64,000 bases of DNA from Marsupella aquatica. Taxonomy: Eukaryota; Plantae; Marchantiophyta. This document shows, one piece after another, positions 38,671 through 49,756 of this stretch. The notes below the pieces were generated by a model. That model had not been told where the DNA came from. It made no database searches and worked only from the letters and a program-made list of their open reading frames with translations. The stretch spans positions 19,168,168-19,232,167 of the forward strand of contig OZ316897.1 of the NCBI GenBank assembly GCA_973895155.1, written 5' to 3'. The position numbers and the translations under genes are program-made. The number at the start of each line of letters is the position of its first letter. The first letter of the stretch is position 1.

Positions 38671-40900
38671 CTAAGACTCGGTGATCAGTTGTTCGGCTAA
38701 GAATTCCTCAGCTTGAAAGCCGTAATATCTACCTAAGAACTGAATTCCATCCTCGGTAAAACTCTCTAGGACGCCTATATTAAAGGTCAAGTTGTCATGG
38801 AGATCAACTTCAGCAAGTTCCAAACCTGCTTCGAATAAGAGGTAGTGAAATTCCTGGCCAAGCAGATTTCCTGGATTAACCCTGTTCAAAACTTCTAAAA
38901 CAGTCTGTATAGACATAATTTCTCGCAGTAGTTGCTTTGCCTCCAAAGTTCGGCACGTAATGGTTACTGGATTAATTGGACTCAGAATTGGAGCGGCGTC
39001 AGAACTTAGCCTTGACGACTCGTCTCGCAGAGAACGTAGAATGCGATGAAAGGTTCAATAAACGATGCAGAAATCCAACTTTTAATCTTAGAATTTCGCG
39101 TCTCGTTTAAAGCAAAAGAGAACTCATCATCGTCCCACGAGGTCTGAGTAAGTATGTCGATTAGCTCATATATTCTAGGAGTCAGCTCTGACAGTTTTTT
39201 CAATAATGTGTCGGCCTTTCTACGGCTCACTTTTACGTCCTTGATGGTCCATGCGATCCCTATCTGACGTTTCAGATCCATAATACTTGCCTGAAACGTT
39301 TCATATAGTTCTCCAATTGAGTGCTCGAATCTGCATCGACCACACTCACACCTGAAAATTCAATTCAAGATGGGCCCTCGGTTGTCATGGATTATAAAAA
39401 CATCTGACCAGATCTAGCTACGGAATTGAATAACTTAACTCAAATGGTTAATTTGCCGTCATTCCACGGTTGTCATCGCCACATACCTGAAACCCCATAT
39501 TGAGGCGGCAGATTGACGCATATGTAGAGGCTCAAAGATGTCGAAGTAGGGCAGCGTGAGCTCCTCTCCACATGCAATGTTGATAGCTGCGCGAATAATC
39601 AACGCACCCCCAACTCGCATTCGATGGCAGTTGGGATCGCAAGAGTGATTTATGAAGGGAGCCACTCGCCACAGTCCCGGCCCAAAAGTCGCAAGCGTCC
39701 ACCTGGATTGGGTCTTCCCGACTTTTGCTCCTCACTTTGTCACACATAGCAGTATTGGCAACAATGTTCCACACCTTCTTCTTATCCACGTCCTTCATTC
39801 CGGGTGTTTTCCACGGACCCCGGTTTTCGTGAAGTAAGTTTGTGTACTCACTATTGGCTGTGCCAGGTGGACGGGCATCGAGACGTCTGACCTGGAACCA
39901 TAGAGGTGAACAACAATTATTTAGCAGCACGCTCAATGTCTGGTTGGAACTTTGTATGGTTGCGCCCCGTAGTATGTGACCGACAAAGGAATTTGCGCAA
40001 GACTGGCGTTCATGACCGCAACTCTGCCCGAATCTGACACAAGGTATAGACTCGCCTAACTACATATTTATGAAATGTGATCAACTACAGATTTCTAGTC
40101 CATAACATTGTGCACGTACAATAATGCGGGAACTCTGATGTTTCTTTCAGTTCACCATCCGCAGCAAGACAGCCTTTGTTTTTCTTGATGTGGAGATATA
40201 TATAGGCCGAAGATTTTGTACTACGGTAATATACGAGGGGAACTTTGCATGCTTACCTGCTGCCTTCATCCCTTCAGCCCATACAACCTAACTTCTTCGA
40301 AGTCTACGGTAGGTAGGAATCCTCGTACGTAAAAACTTCCTACAAATTAAGAGATTACGAATAAATCTTACCTCTCCTTCATAGTTTTGCATAGGAGATG
40401 TGTCAAGCTTGAGTTCCGTTTCTAATTTGGTTGCCAGGTGATTGTGAACTCCCGGAGAAATTCGAGGCTCAGGTGGAGTAAACCAATGCTTTGGAGCGTG
40501 GGTATATGAACCCTATATGAACCCTTTGTATATGGGGCGTACTCGCGGACGCATGCACAGGTAACCAGTGCGTTTTCTACGAATAAGAGGTCACCAGCCT
40601 TAACATCTCTGCTGAGGAATGTCCCAAGCCCTCCCTTGTTCGGACTCATGTCGATGACAGTATGACCCATGTAGTCTATTAGCGGATATTTAAGCGTCGT
40701 TTCAGGCTCACCGGAGAGATAGAAGTCCCTGATGCGGGCCTCGTTCGCTCACTGAGTCGAATTTGATTCCATCTGCAACGATCAACTTCACGATCATTAT
40801 CAAACCTTACATTTCAACCAAGACCCCAAATCCACAGCCAGCTTCAGAAACATTCTGGTCCTCACCCAAGAGCAGCAGAGTCCGATAATTCAATCGTGAG
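38671..40900 (-). pseudogene. SMYD/ATXR1-like split-SET lysine methyltransferase, probably disabled
   Basis: DYMG...KGGLGTFLSRDVKAGDLLFVENA (~40570-40680). GLWRVAPFINHSCDPNC, GEELTLPY and WGFR|CECGRC post-SET across an intron (~39485 to 39352). Frameshift near 39690 and stops near 39006 and 38975. Confidence 0.75.
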
Positions 40901-43099
40901 CACTGCAGAAAATACATAGAGAAAAGCAAAGATTTATAGCATAAAATCCCAGAGAGATAGTTGATGGACCCAGAATGCAAAGTGTTTCTTGACGGACCCA
41001 TGAGTGATCGAGACCAGACCGTTGATAGATCTCAAATCAATGTGCCCAAAGTCTCATGGGGTCTATCAAGTTTAAGACATTTCAATTTAGGGGTCCATCA
41101 AGTATATCTCTCGAAGTCCAGACTCCTGTCCTTTCAAATGCACTTACCTTGAGGTGGAGACAAATTCGCTTCAGGATGACGCTTCCTCTCTGCTCGGTCT
41201 GACATCTACGAAGAGTCTTCCATCGTCTAGACTTGCACTCTCCTTCGAAAGTGCACGGATCGATTCTAATTTCGTGCAACACATCAGGTGTTCGTCATTC
41301 CAGATCGAGCGATCATCTGGCCATCGATTCTTTTCTTGAAATTGCGGGTCCTAATGTCTAGAACCAAAGTCCTTTAGTTAATCAGAACCTTCATGATGGG
41401 GCCGAAGTCTAAACAATCGTCGGTATATATTCATGAATTGGGTGGAGGCCGCCGTGTACTGTGATTATTCGTCTGTTCCAAATGTCTACCTGGAATATCA
41501 AAATGGAAGTGAGATCTTGCGTTCTTCATTCCACCCTCTCGTTCGTCTCGGCTTCTGTCGATTCAGACAATGCATGCCATGAGGCTGTTCAAGCGACAGC
41601 ACGTTGACGATGCAAAGCAGTGATCCGATCGTCTATATATTTAAACGGTACGTTGGTACTACTACCAAAGTATCAAAGTCTAGCTCACTCCGGGAGCTCA
41701 CTGGCCTTCAATTCAATTCAGCTGTACGTTGTGGCCATCGGCAGTTGTTCTCGTTGCGCTGCGGGTCAATGTCAGCATAGTCAATAGCCTTCGATCCCAT
41801 GCAATCACGGAATGTACCGCATCCATTTTGAACTCCTCAGGTAGGGGCAAGAGTCAAAAATGTGCTAGCCACAAAACGATTGCGTTTCTGTGTATCCGTC
41901 AATTTCGTAAAACATACACTAAGGGTGTCGAAACACGTACACTAGAGGCTGTCAAAGCAAATATATACACTACGGTAGTGGGTGTCAAAACATGCCCCTG
42001 GCACCCTACCAAGGATGTCCATTCTAAGTTGGGCGCCCCCACAATAGCTGTAAAAGAGTTCCCTAACACCCTTAAGTCTTAGTGCATTATTTTAAGGGTT
42101 GGCTCAAAGTCGATCCCCCCTTTATCTCCTCAATTCAAATAAGTACCACTAGCCATGACAAAAACCAGGTTACACCATAAATAGTATCATTTTATGAATT
42201 TGAAACCATAAATAGTATCATTTCTTGAATTTGTGGAGCAATATGTAACATGAGAGGAGAAGCATGAAACCTGGACACCCTGTTATATGGCTAGTGGCGG
42301 TTTAAAACAGACCCTACTTAACAGTACTTAGATGCACTTTCAATTGGGATCACCCAGTGGAAGCCTTCACGGTTGATCATTATTTTACACCCCTGTTTAC
42401 ACCCCCTAGTAGAATCTGTTGTACGCAAACTCACAGAGTGAAACTTTATGTCCAGACCAATTTAGACCCCAAACAGAGTGGATGCTTAATTTTTAAGGTT
42501 TTTTCCTTTTTGGCTTGGGTGGCTAATGTCACCTTGTGTAAAAGGGAAAGATGCTAATGAATTCTGACCATAGATCTCTCTGTATTTTAAGTTAAGGGTC
42601 AGATTCTGGCTAAGAGGGTCTGTGGCTGGGTGTGAAACTGATTTATGGTAGCTAGACCAAAAAAACCTAGCAAATGTTTCCAGGCCAAAAGCTACTCTTG
42701 GCAGACTTTTCAGTGAGGCAGAATCTAGGAAATTTTCACCACTTGAAGAACAGTTGATAGAGGTTCAAGCCATACTTAGGCCACAATGTTTTGAACAAGT
42801 GAGTGACCATTTTGTTATCCTAAAGCTGCTTCAGGAACAGTGGCAGTATAAGCCTGGCTAGGCACCATGAATCATATGGTTAACTCCAGAAAATTCCCAG
42901 GCAATTACAAAGGGGAGTGTGCCATTGCATTGTAGGAGGATTTTTTCCAAAACTGTGGTTTTAGCCTTGTGGAAACTCCGTTTTAGGGGATGTAATCTCA
43001 TAATCTGAACAAAACATTTATTGGCTTTTGGCCCTTTCTAGCCCACTTGGAGGGGTACCCAACTTAATTTGATCAGGCGCAAGTTTCAGGTCAAAAATA

Positions 43100-43372
43100 G
43101 AGCATAATCACACTCGGAGTCATGCTCATTACTCCGTGGCTATTTGGGGCCCATGGCTCTAACCTCTTGGGCACAGTGCTCAGGAATCATCAACAGAGCA
43201 AAATTACACTTGGAGTTACGATTATTATTCCATGGCCACTAGGGGACCATGGCTCTAACCCCTTGGGCACCGTGCTCAGGGATCATCAACAGAGCAAAAT
43301 TAAACTTTAGTTGGAGTTACCATTATTAGTCCATGGTCACTCAAGGCCCATGGCTCTAACCCCCTTGGACCT
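43100..43372. repeat. Three ~103-108-bp tandem repeats
   Basis: CCATGGCTCTAACC..TTGG recurs at about 43151, 43247 and 43348; CATCAACAGAGCAAAATTA occurs twice. Confidence 0.8.
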
Positions 43373-44139
43373 ACAGGATTCTGGAATTACATCCCATAAT
43401 CCCCTTGGGATCACTCGGGAATTACATATATGATAATGATGGTGTGGGCAGAGGGTTACTAGGATGTAATCTGGGATGAAATCCTGAGGGTTACTATCTA
43501 GGATGTAATCCTGTGACCAGAAAGTGAAAAAAGTTAACCGGTGATGGGTGTCACCGGGAAGTTTTCTGAGCAGTAGGGGAATTAATAGGTTTCAGTCTAG
43601 AACCCCAGCCAGGGCTGTCCTTATGGTACCGAAATACATATAATATCTAAATACACTTAGGGAAAATGAAGGGGAAAATGTTAAAGAGGGGACACATCTT
43701 ACTAAATTGGTAAACAAAAGCTACCTAGACTTCTAGACACTGACTCTAGGGCCCACCACTCTAGAGCCCACCAAAACTTGCAATGAAAAGAACTACCAGT
43801 CCAGTGCATAAATCCATATCTACTACTATAATAAGGGATCCCATATTTTTCTGTTATTTGTCCCAATACAAAGAAGCTCCTAGGCAGGAAACACAACCAT
43901 TAGATCCATTTGGCTATTTTCACTGATCGATCATTGATGGAGTAAATGGGCAACCCTGGCTCATATGTGCTTCCCATGCCCCATAAATTAATGACCCAAT
44001 CTGACTCCCATTGGGCCTGCCTCCTTGCCGGCATAGGGCTGGTATACTCATATATACCTACACACTTGTAACGTTGGTTCCTTACGGAAATTTGGTCCCA
44101 TAAACCCAATAAACCCCATAAACCCCTTGGGGGCGTGGG

Positions 44140-45786
44140 TTACTCTGCTCTTGGAGGCGCGAAAATAGAGAGGCCCGCAGGGCTGATAGGGTCGAAACTA
44201 GTGAAGGTTCTATCGAGACCAACGTCAATACTGTCTTTCAACCAACATTCGTCCCTACCCTCGAAAGTCCAGCCACGGCCTTGGCCGATGAAATGAGTGC
44301 AGTAGTAGAGCTCAGCGCACGCAAGAATCTCAGGCCCATCAGGGTTCAATGGGTCTCGTTCCAGATTCTGCACTCCGAATCGGAGCATTAAATCACCTTC
44401 CCTTGTTCTCACGTCGGCAGTTTCGGATGAAGTGTACCAATCGAGCTTCGGGCAGTCGTGATCGTGTGCCCCATTGGCTTTTTTCCGGAGCAGGACGCAT
44501 GATTCCATGTTGGTGTACCGACTTTGGGGAGAGTCGAGTTTACCAAGCACGCTGTGATAATCCGTCGGAACTGGCCATGGCCACGGTGTCAGGAATTGGA
44601 TTTTTGTCAAAGGGGTCTTTCTCGAGGAAGTTTTCTCCCATTCTCTGTGATCTGTCTGTTCAAAGAGCTCCATGTACGCCGAGAATGAGAATTCTGGCCT
44701 TGCTAAAGGACCGTATTTCAGATGTCCTATGCGGAGGATCATGTCCCCGACTCGATCTTCATACGCTAAGCTGTCCGTTTTGAAGCGCACGTAGCTGTTC
44801 GGCTTGTAGACACCTCTGGCATCTTGAGCAAATAAGTTTCTGTCAGAAGTAATTAGCAAATCCATTGTTTTTGGCTCAAAATCTCGCTGCAATCCAGGAT
44901 ATCCGTTGATAAAATCTTCATCGTCAACGGACAACCTGAAGCCGCAATGTAATGGCCTTTCTCTCTGTCGATAAGACTGCTGGCTAAAGTAGCTGCGCTC
45001 TTGCGAAGGACTTGCCTCACGTCGAGAAAAGTGCTCATGCCACTGGTCATCATCCGGGGTTAGTGGCTCAGGAGACGTCGAGAAGTTTATCTCTCCGGCC
45101 CATGAATCCGGGAATTCAGTGTTGTCACTAAAGGCTTCCCGAGAACGTCTGTCAATGTCCATGCTGGACTCGCCTTCGTCCCCGCCAATTTCAGCAGGAC
45201 AGGAAGATTCGACATAATCCCTGGTCTCTAAATTTTCCCTTCCAAGATTGTCAGGGCTTGGGTTGTGTTCCAGAGCCCGGGTATGGAACGGTTGGAAGGC
45301 TGTAGGACCAGTACCTAGTGCCCGACCTGATGCGGTAAAGGCTGATTCGCGATATCCCGGATAAAAAACTTCTAAGTATCCATTTCTTGCAAGTGGTCGA
45401 ATGGGAGCCGAGACTGGAAGTTGATTTGTGTTCTGGCTTTCTGCAAAGGGAAGATCGATGCCCAAATCTGGTCTAGCCTGTTCATCTGGCACACTTGGGA
45501 TGGGAATGGGAGGAGCTCCGATGTATCTTCCAGAACTGCTTCGCGGTCGGGTAGGGACGCGAGCTCCGATATGTTGATTCATATAAGTCCTCGTATAATT
45601 ACGGTGGTCCTCGTGGGCATTGCGTAAACCGCTTCGCGGCCTGGTAGGGACGTGAGGTAAGATCTGTTGATTCACAATGGGAGCTGCAGTAGGCTCGTCC
45701 AAGTAGTCTTGAACGTATCGTCCCCAGTGTGGGTTACGTCGTCTAGCAGATCTCCGGGGCTGTTGAGGGCCGTCCTCGGAATCCAT
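44140..45786 (-). CDS. Uncharacterised 548-aa protein (disordered N-terminal half, globular C-terminal half with an internal duplication)
   Basis: 1647-bp uninterrupted ORF with a CCATGG start context. No family recognised. Confidence 0.65.
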   Translation of the reverse strand: MDSEDGPQQPRRSARRRNPHWGRYVQDYLDEPTAAPIVNQQILPHVPTRPRSGLRNAHEDHRNYTRTYMNQHIGARVPTRPRSSSGRYIGAPPIPIPSVPDEQARPDLGIDLPFAESQNTNQLPVSAPIRPLARNGYLEVFYPGYRESAFTASGRALGTGPTAFQPFHTRALEHNPSPDNLGRENLETRDYVESSCPAEIGGDEGESSMDIDRRSREAFSDNTEFPDSWAGEINFSTSPEPLTPDDDQWHEHFSRREASPSQERSYFSQQSYRQRERPLHCGFRLSVDDEDFINGYPGLQRDFEPKTMDLLITSDRNLFAQDARGVYKPNSYVRFKTDSLAYEDRVGDMILRIGHLKYGPLARPEFSFSAYMELFEQTDHREWEKTSSRKTPLTKIQFLTPWPWPVPTDYHSVLGKLDSPQSRYTNMESCVLLRKKANGAHDHDCPKLDWYTSSETADVRTREGDLMLRFGVQNLERDPLNPDGPEILACAELYYCTHFIGQGRGWTFEGRDECWLKDSIDVGLDRTFTSFDPISPAGLSIFAPPRAE

Positions 45787-48700
45787 GGGGTGGGAACTGA
45801 CTAAGTTGTATATAGCAGTTGGTCGATTCCCTGGGGGTTGGCTAGTATAGAACTACATCTAATAATAGGACCAGTTCCTGTCCATTGAACTCTGTCTTGA
45901 TACTTTTCAGATCATCAAATATTGATAAATATTGATGTGAATTTCTGCGTCTGTCTCATAGCTCTACGTTGTTCATAATTTACATTTCCATGGTGTATCC
46001 GGGGGTGTATCTTGGGGCTTTGCATTCTACCCGAGCTCTGAGCGGGTCGATCATTACCTAGGGATCAGGTAGCTCTTCAATCACGCATATTGACTATTAA
46101 TTCCTCTTGCTACCTGAAGCTTGATTACCTATAATTGTTTCACATATCTGACCATATTGAAGATCCTAAGCTACCCGGTGTCTGATGAGGCTTAAACGAG
46201 ATACTGTACTCCACCGTCATGAAAAGGCTGAGGCCTTGCCGAAATAAATGTCAACGGGCCCTAGAACTGGTTATGAAAACCCAACCTGAAAGCGGCTTAC
46301 ATCGAGCTAGAAGTACACATGAGGTATTGTCATTTCTTCGAAGAAAAAGCTACGCGGACTCCGAACAGACTGCAGTTAGCGTACTACATTGAGAGCAGAC
46401 CATAAAAACTAACAAGGCGTTTGCGGCCTCACTTCACTTGACTTGAGACAAAATCATATATACCTGCACCAACACCATTGGACGAAGAAGGAACGCGAGC
46501 CAGATTCCTCCGTTTCTAAAAGAATTTCTAAACCTGCCATATGGTATTTTGTAGCTTCTGAGAGTTACGGCACCAGGCCGGGAACAGACGGGAAATCGAG
46601 CCAATTGAGCAAGAGGTTTGACGAGGTTGTGATCTGCAATGTGGAGGACTTGGCTTGCCTACATAGCTAAAACGATGTCCGTCTATGTACTCCCGATCTG
46701 CAAAGTTGAAAGCTTGGGAAGGGATTCCAAGCTATTTTCCTACATAGCTAAGGATATCAGTCTACACAACTAGGCAGGGTAAGGAAAAGGCTCAAATAAG
46801 TGTGAAACTCAGGAAATATCCAACGAGTCTCGATCACCGAGTTATTGAATACGGTGAGGAATAAGGCAACTTTAAGGGCTAACTCGTCACCAATGATATA
46901 TCTATGATGAAAATGTTTGGGTTCAGTAGATTCGCTCAATTGCCTCTGCTAGATGCAAGTTCTCAGGATTTGGCACCCGGTTTTTCGTGAGCATTCACAA
47001 AATGGAAATTAGTTAGAAGCCCGAACTAAAGACCTACCTCCAATCCAGGGATAGAGAGAGTATTAAGATTTGAAGTTTTGTGGATTCATAAGCAATTATG
47101 ATACGGGCATTCAAACAAGCATTGGACTTGCATTGGAGAAAAGGGCACACAATTGTTGTGCCAATGTCCCGGACAGCCTGCAGCCGTTGGCGAGAAGTTG
47201 TGAAGGAGATATGATCTGGAGAGTCTAGCTAGCCTAGATCTGATTTTTCAACATTAGAACTTAACGTCCAACGTCTGATGGCCCAAAATCTAATGGACTT
47301 GAATTCAATCTACAATATCATATGCACACTTTATTGGTACCCACATACCGGCGCAAGGTGGGACCAGGCTTCAATCCAAGCTCACCTGATTTTGAACGGG
47401 CTTGTTTTACCATAAATTGACTAGACGTCATCCAACGGTGCATGCAGCAAGACCACAGCACTGCATGGAATATGTATTTCGTTTGAACTGGGAAATTCCT
47501 TTTACATTAATGTTTTAAATCGGTCGAGGCGAGTCAATGATTCATACATTGACAGTGATATTAGGTAAGTAAGACACTGGGCTCTAACTTTGCGGGACAA
47601 GCGCATCTTACCGATGATGCACAGGTCCTAGTTCAAGATAACGTACATCAAATAGGGAATTAGAAGGACTGGCTTGGGGAAACAGGATGGAGAGCATTCC
47701 CGAGATCGAGTAGACTTTTGCGAAAATCCAGTGACTCGGCTGTAACTGAGTATTGAATTGCCATAGAAATAAAGACAAGCCTTCGGGACTTTCTGCAGTT
47801 GTAATAAAGGCTCAATTGCTGACCGAGTTGAAGGGCCGGAAGGCCTTCTCACCATAAAACAGGAAATTAATTGAATCTGTTCAAAGGAATGACTGCTCAC
47901 CAGTTTGAAGCCATTTTTTATGTGAGCGAGTCAATGTTCAAGGGAATTTATTAATCCTCACGAAGACGAGACACCGGAGAATCTCGATCATTGAAGTCGA
48001 TCAACAGTCGGTAAAATTAATATTTGTCAGAAAACAGTTTCCTCAATACGTGATGGGTGGCGCTTGATGTTACTAGTCCCAGGATCCATCAAAATATGCA
48101 AGGATTAGAATTACCTGAGAGAGAACCAGCCGAGCATTCCAACTATGAAGTTGTATTGTTTACTAATGGAATAATCTACTCAGAATTACGAGAGAAATCG
48201 TCGAATGTCCAAACCAGTCACAAGAGAGCATCTTCCGTCTTAGTCGCCTTCCCATGTTGTCTCAATGCGAAGCCTCGGTCGAGATAGTCAATTCCATGGA
48301 CTCCTCTATCCGCTCTAGGTCAACATAGACCAAGCAGACAAACATATCTTTAATTGTATCCTACTTCCTAACTAGATGTTGTGTCTCGTACACATACTAC
48401 TGTAGTTCCTTACCTCGTCTGGGTCTAAGATTGCGGCACTAGGATCTTCAGAGCATGATATATAAAAGACTTGTTCTGGGAGATTCGTTAGAACGAAGGA
48501 AAGATGCATGATAGGTCAATCGTCGCACCGCTCCAACATGTTGACTCGCGGCTGATTGGTTAAAACTGCAGAATCTCGATGCTGTCACCCTGAATGCCAT
48601 CAAGCTCGACACCGTCTGACTGATTTAATACAGAGGAAACAAACTTGGTGCAGAAAGCAATTTCTGTTAGAGAGGCGTTGTGATACAAACAGTACTGTTG

Positions 48701-49756
48701 TTAATTTCTTCGAGGTGAAACCAATAGTCACGGATTGATGCACTCGCGATAGTCACAGGCAAGGTGAAACCAACAATAGAGGCATATATGTAGCCTAAAC
48801 TTCTCAATTGGGGAATTGCCCACGTTGTGAGGTGGATTCATGAAATCACAGAATGGCGATTGTCAGCTAGAGAGCGCTTGCAATTTCATGAATGATGCTT
48901 CTGCAGTTTTCACCAGAATTGAGACTGACATCATCTTCGACTCTGTATTGACAACAACTGGTGCAAGAACTCCCGACTCATGCGAGGTGGAGTGATATGG
49001 GCCTCAATTCGCCCAACAAGGTGAAATGAAATCGATGATGTGTAATTAACACTGGCAGCCAGGATTCCACTGATTAACCGCACGATATTTATTCAATAGA
49101 CAAAGAAAACTGATGAAAATGAGGACTCGGTCCTCGATCAAGTGAATCCTTTCAAGCAATCGTTTTACAATTAAGTGGGTTTGAGCTGCCACAATCTGGA
49201 TGTGTTCACCTCTTCCAATTCAGTCAAATCAGAAACTTCATCATTGCGCTCACGATAGATCATCCACGTGGGTACTCAGAGGTATAAGTAATGTTGCAAA
49301 TCACGAGACTGTGAAATCGGTGTAGATTCCATTCGTCTAGACTCCATCACAGGTGCAGCTGGAAACAATCTGTAGACCAGTACAGAAGTAAGCAGTAATC
49401 CCAACTAAACCTCACATGCGGGTCCTTCACTGGTCAATCTCTGCGGGTAGCGTCGTGAGCCAAATTCATTGATGCTCACAGTCAGGCAGCACTAATCTAG
49501 CTTCGTGAGATATGCCTCAACGAGCTGTGTTCCTTCTTCACATACCAGCTAAGTGCAGCTTTAGGGTCTCCTGTCACTGCAATTTGATTTCTATGTGCGA
49601 TGTCCAAAATGGTGCGGAATTCAAGTAAGACAGCGCCCTCGCACCAACAATGAGAGGGAGAGCAACCTCTGCTTTGTCACAAAGAGGGGAAAATGGCCTC
49701 TCTCGAATTTCAGCGGTGTTTCTCTTGGACCTGATGTGGTACACCTTCGAAGACGC

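Noticed and set aside
41968-41980. CACTAC-G-GTAGTG palindrome resembling fused CACTA ends
   Set aside because: Only 13 bp, flanks ATA and GGT are not a TSD, and there are no subterminal motifs; chance is plausible.
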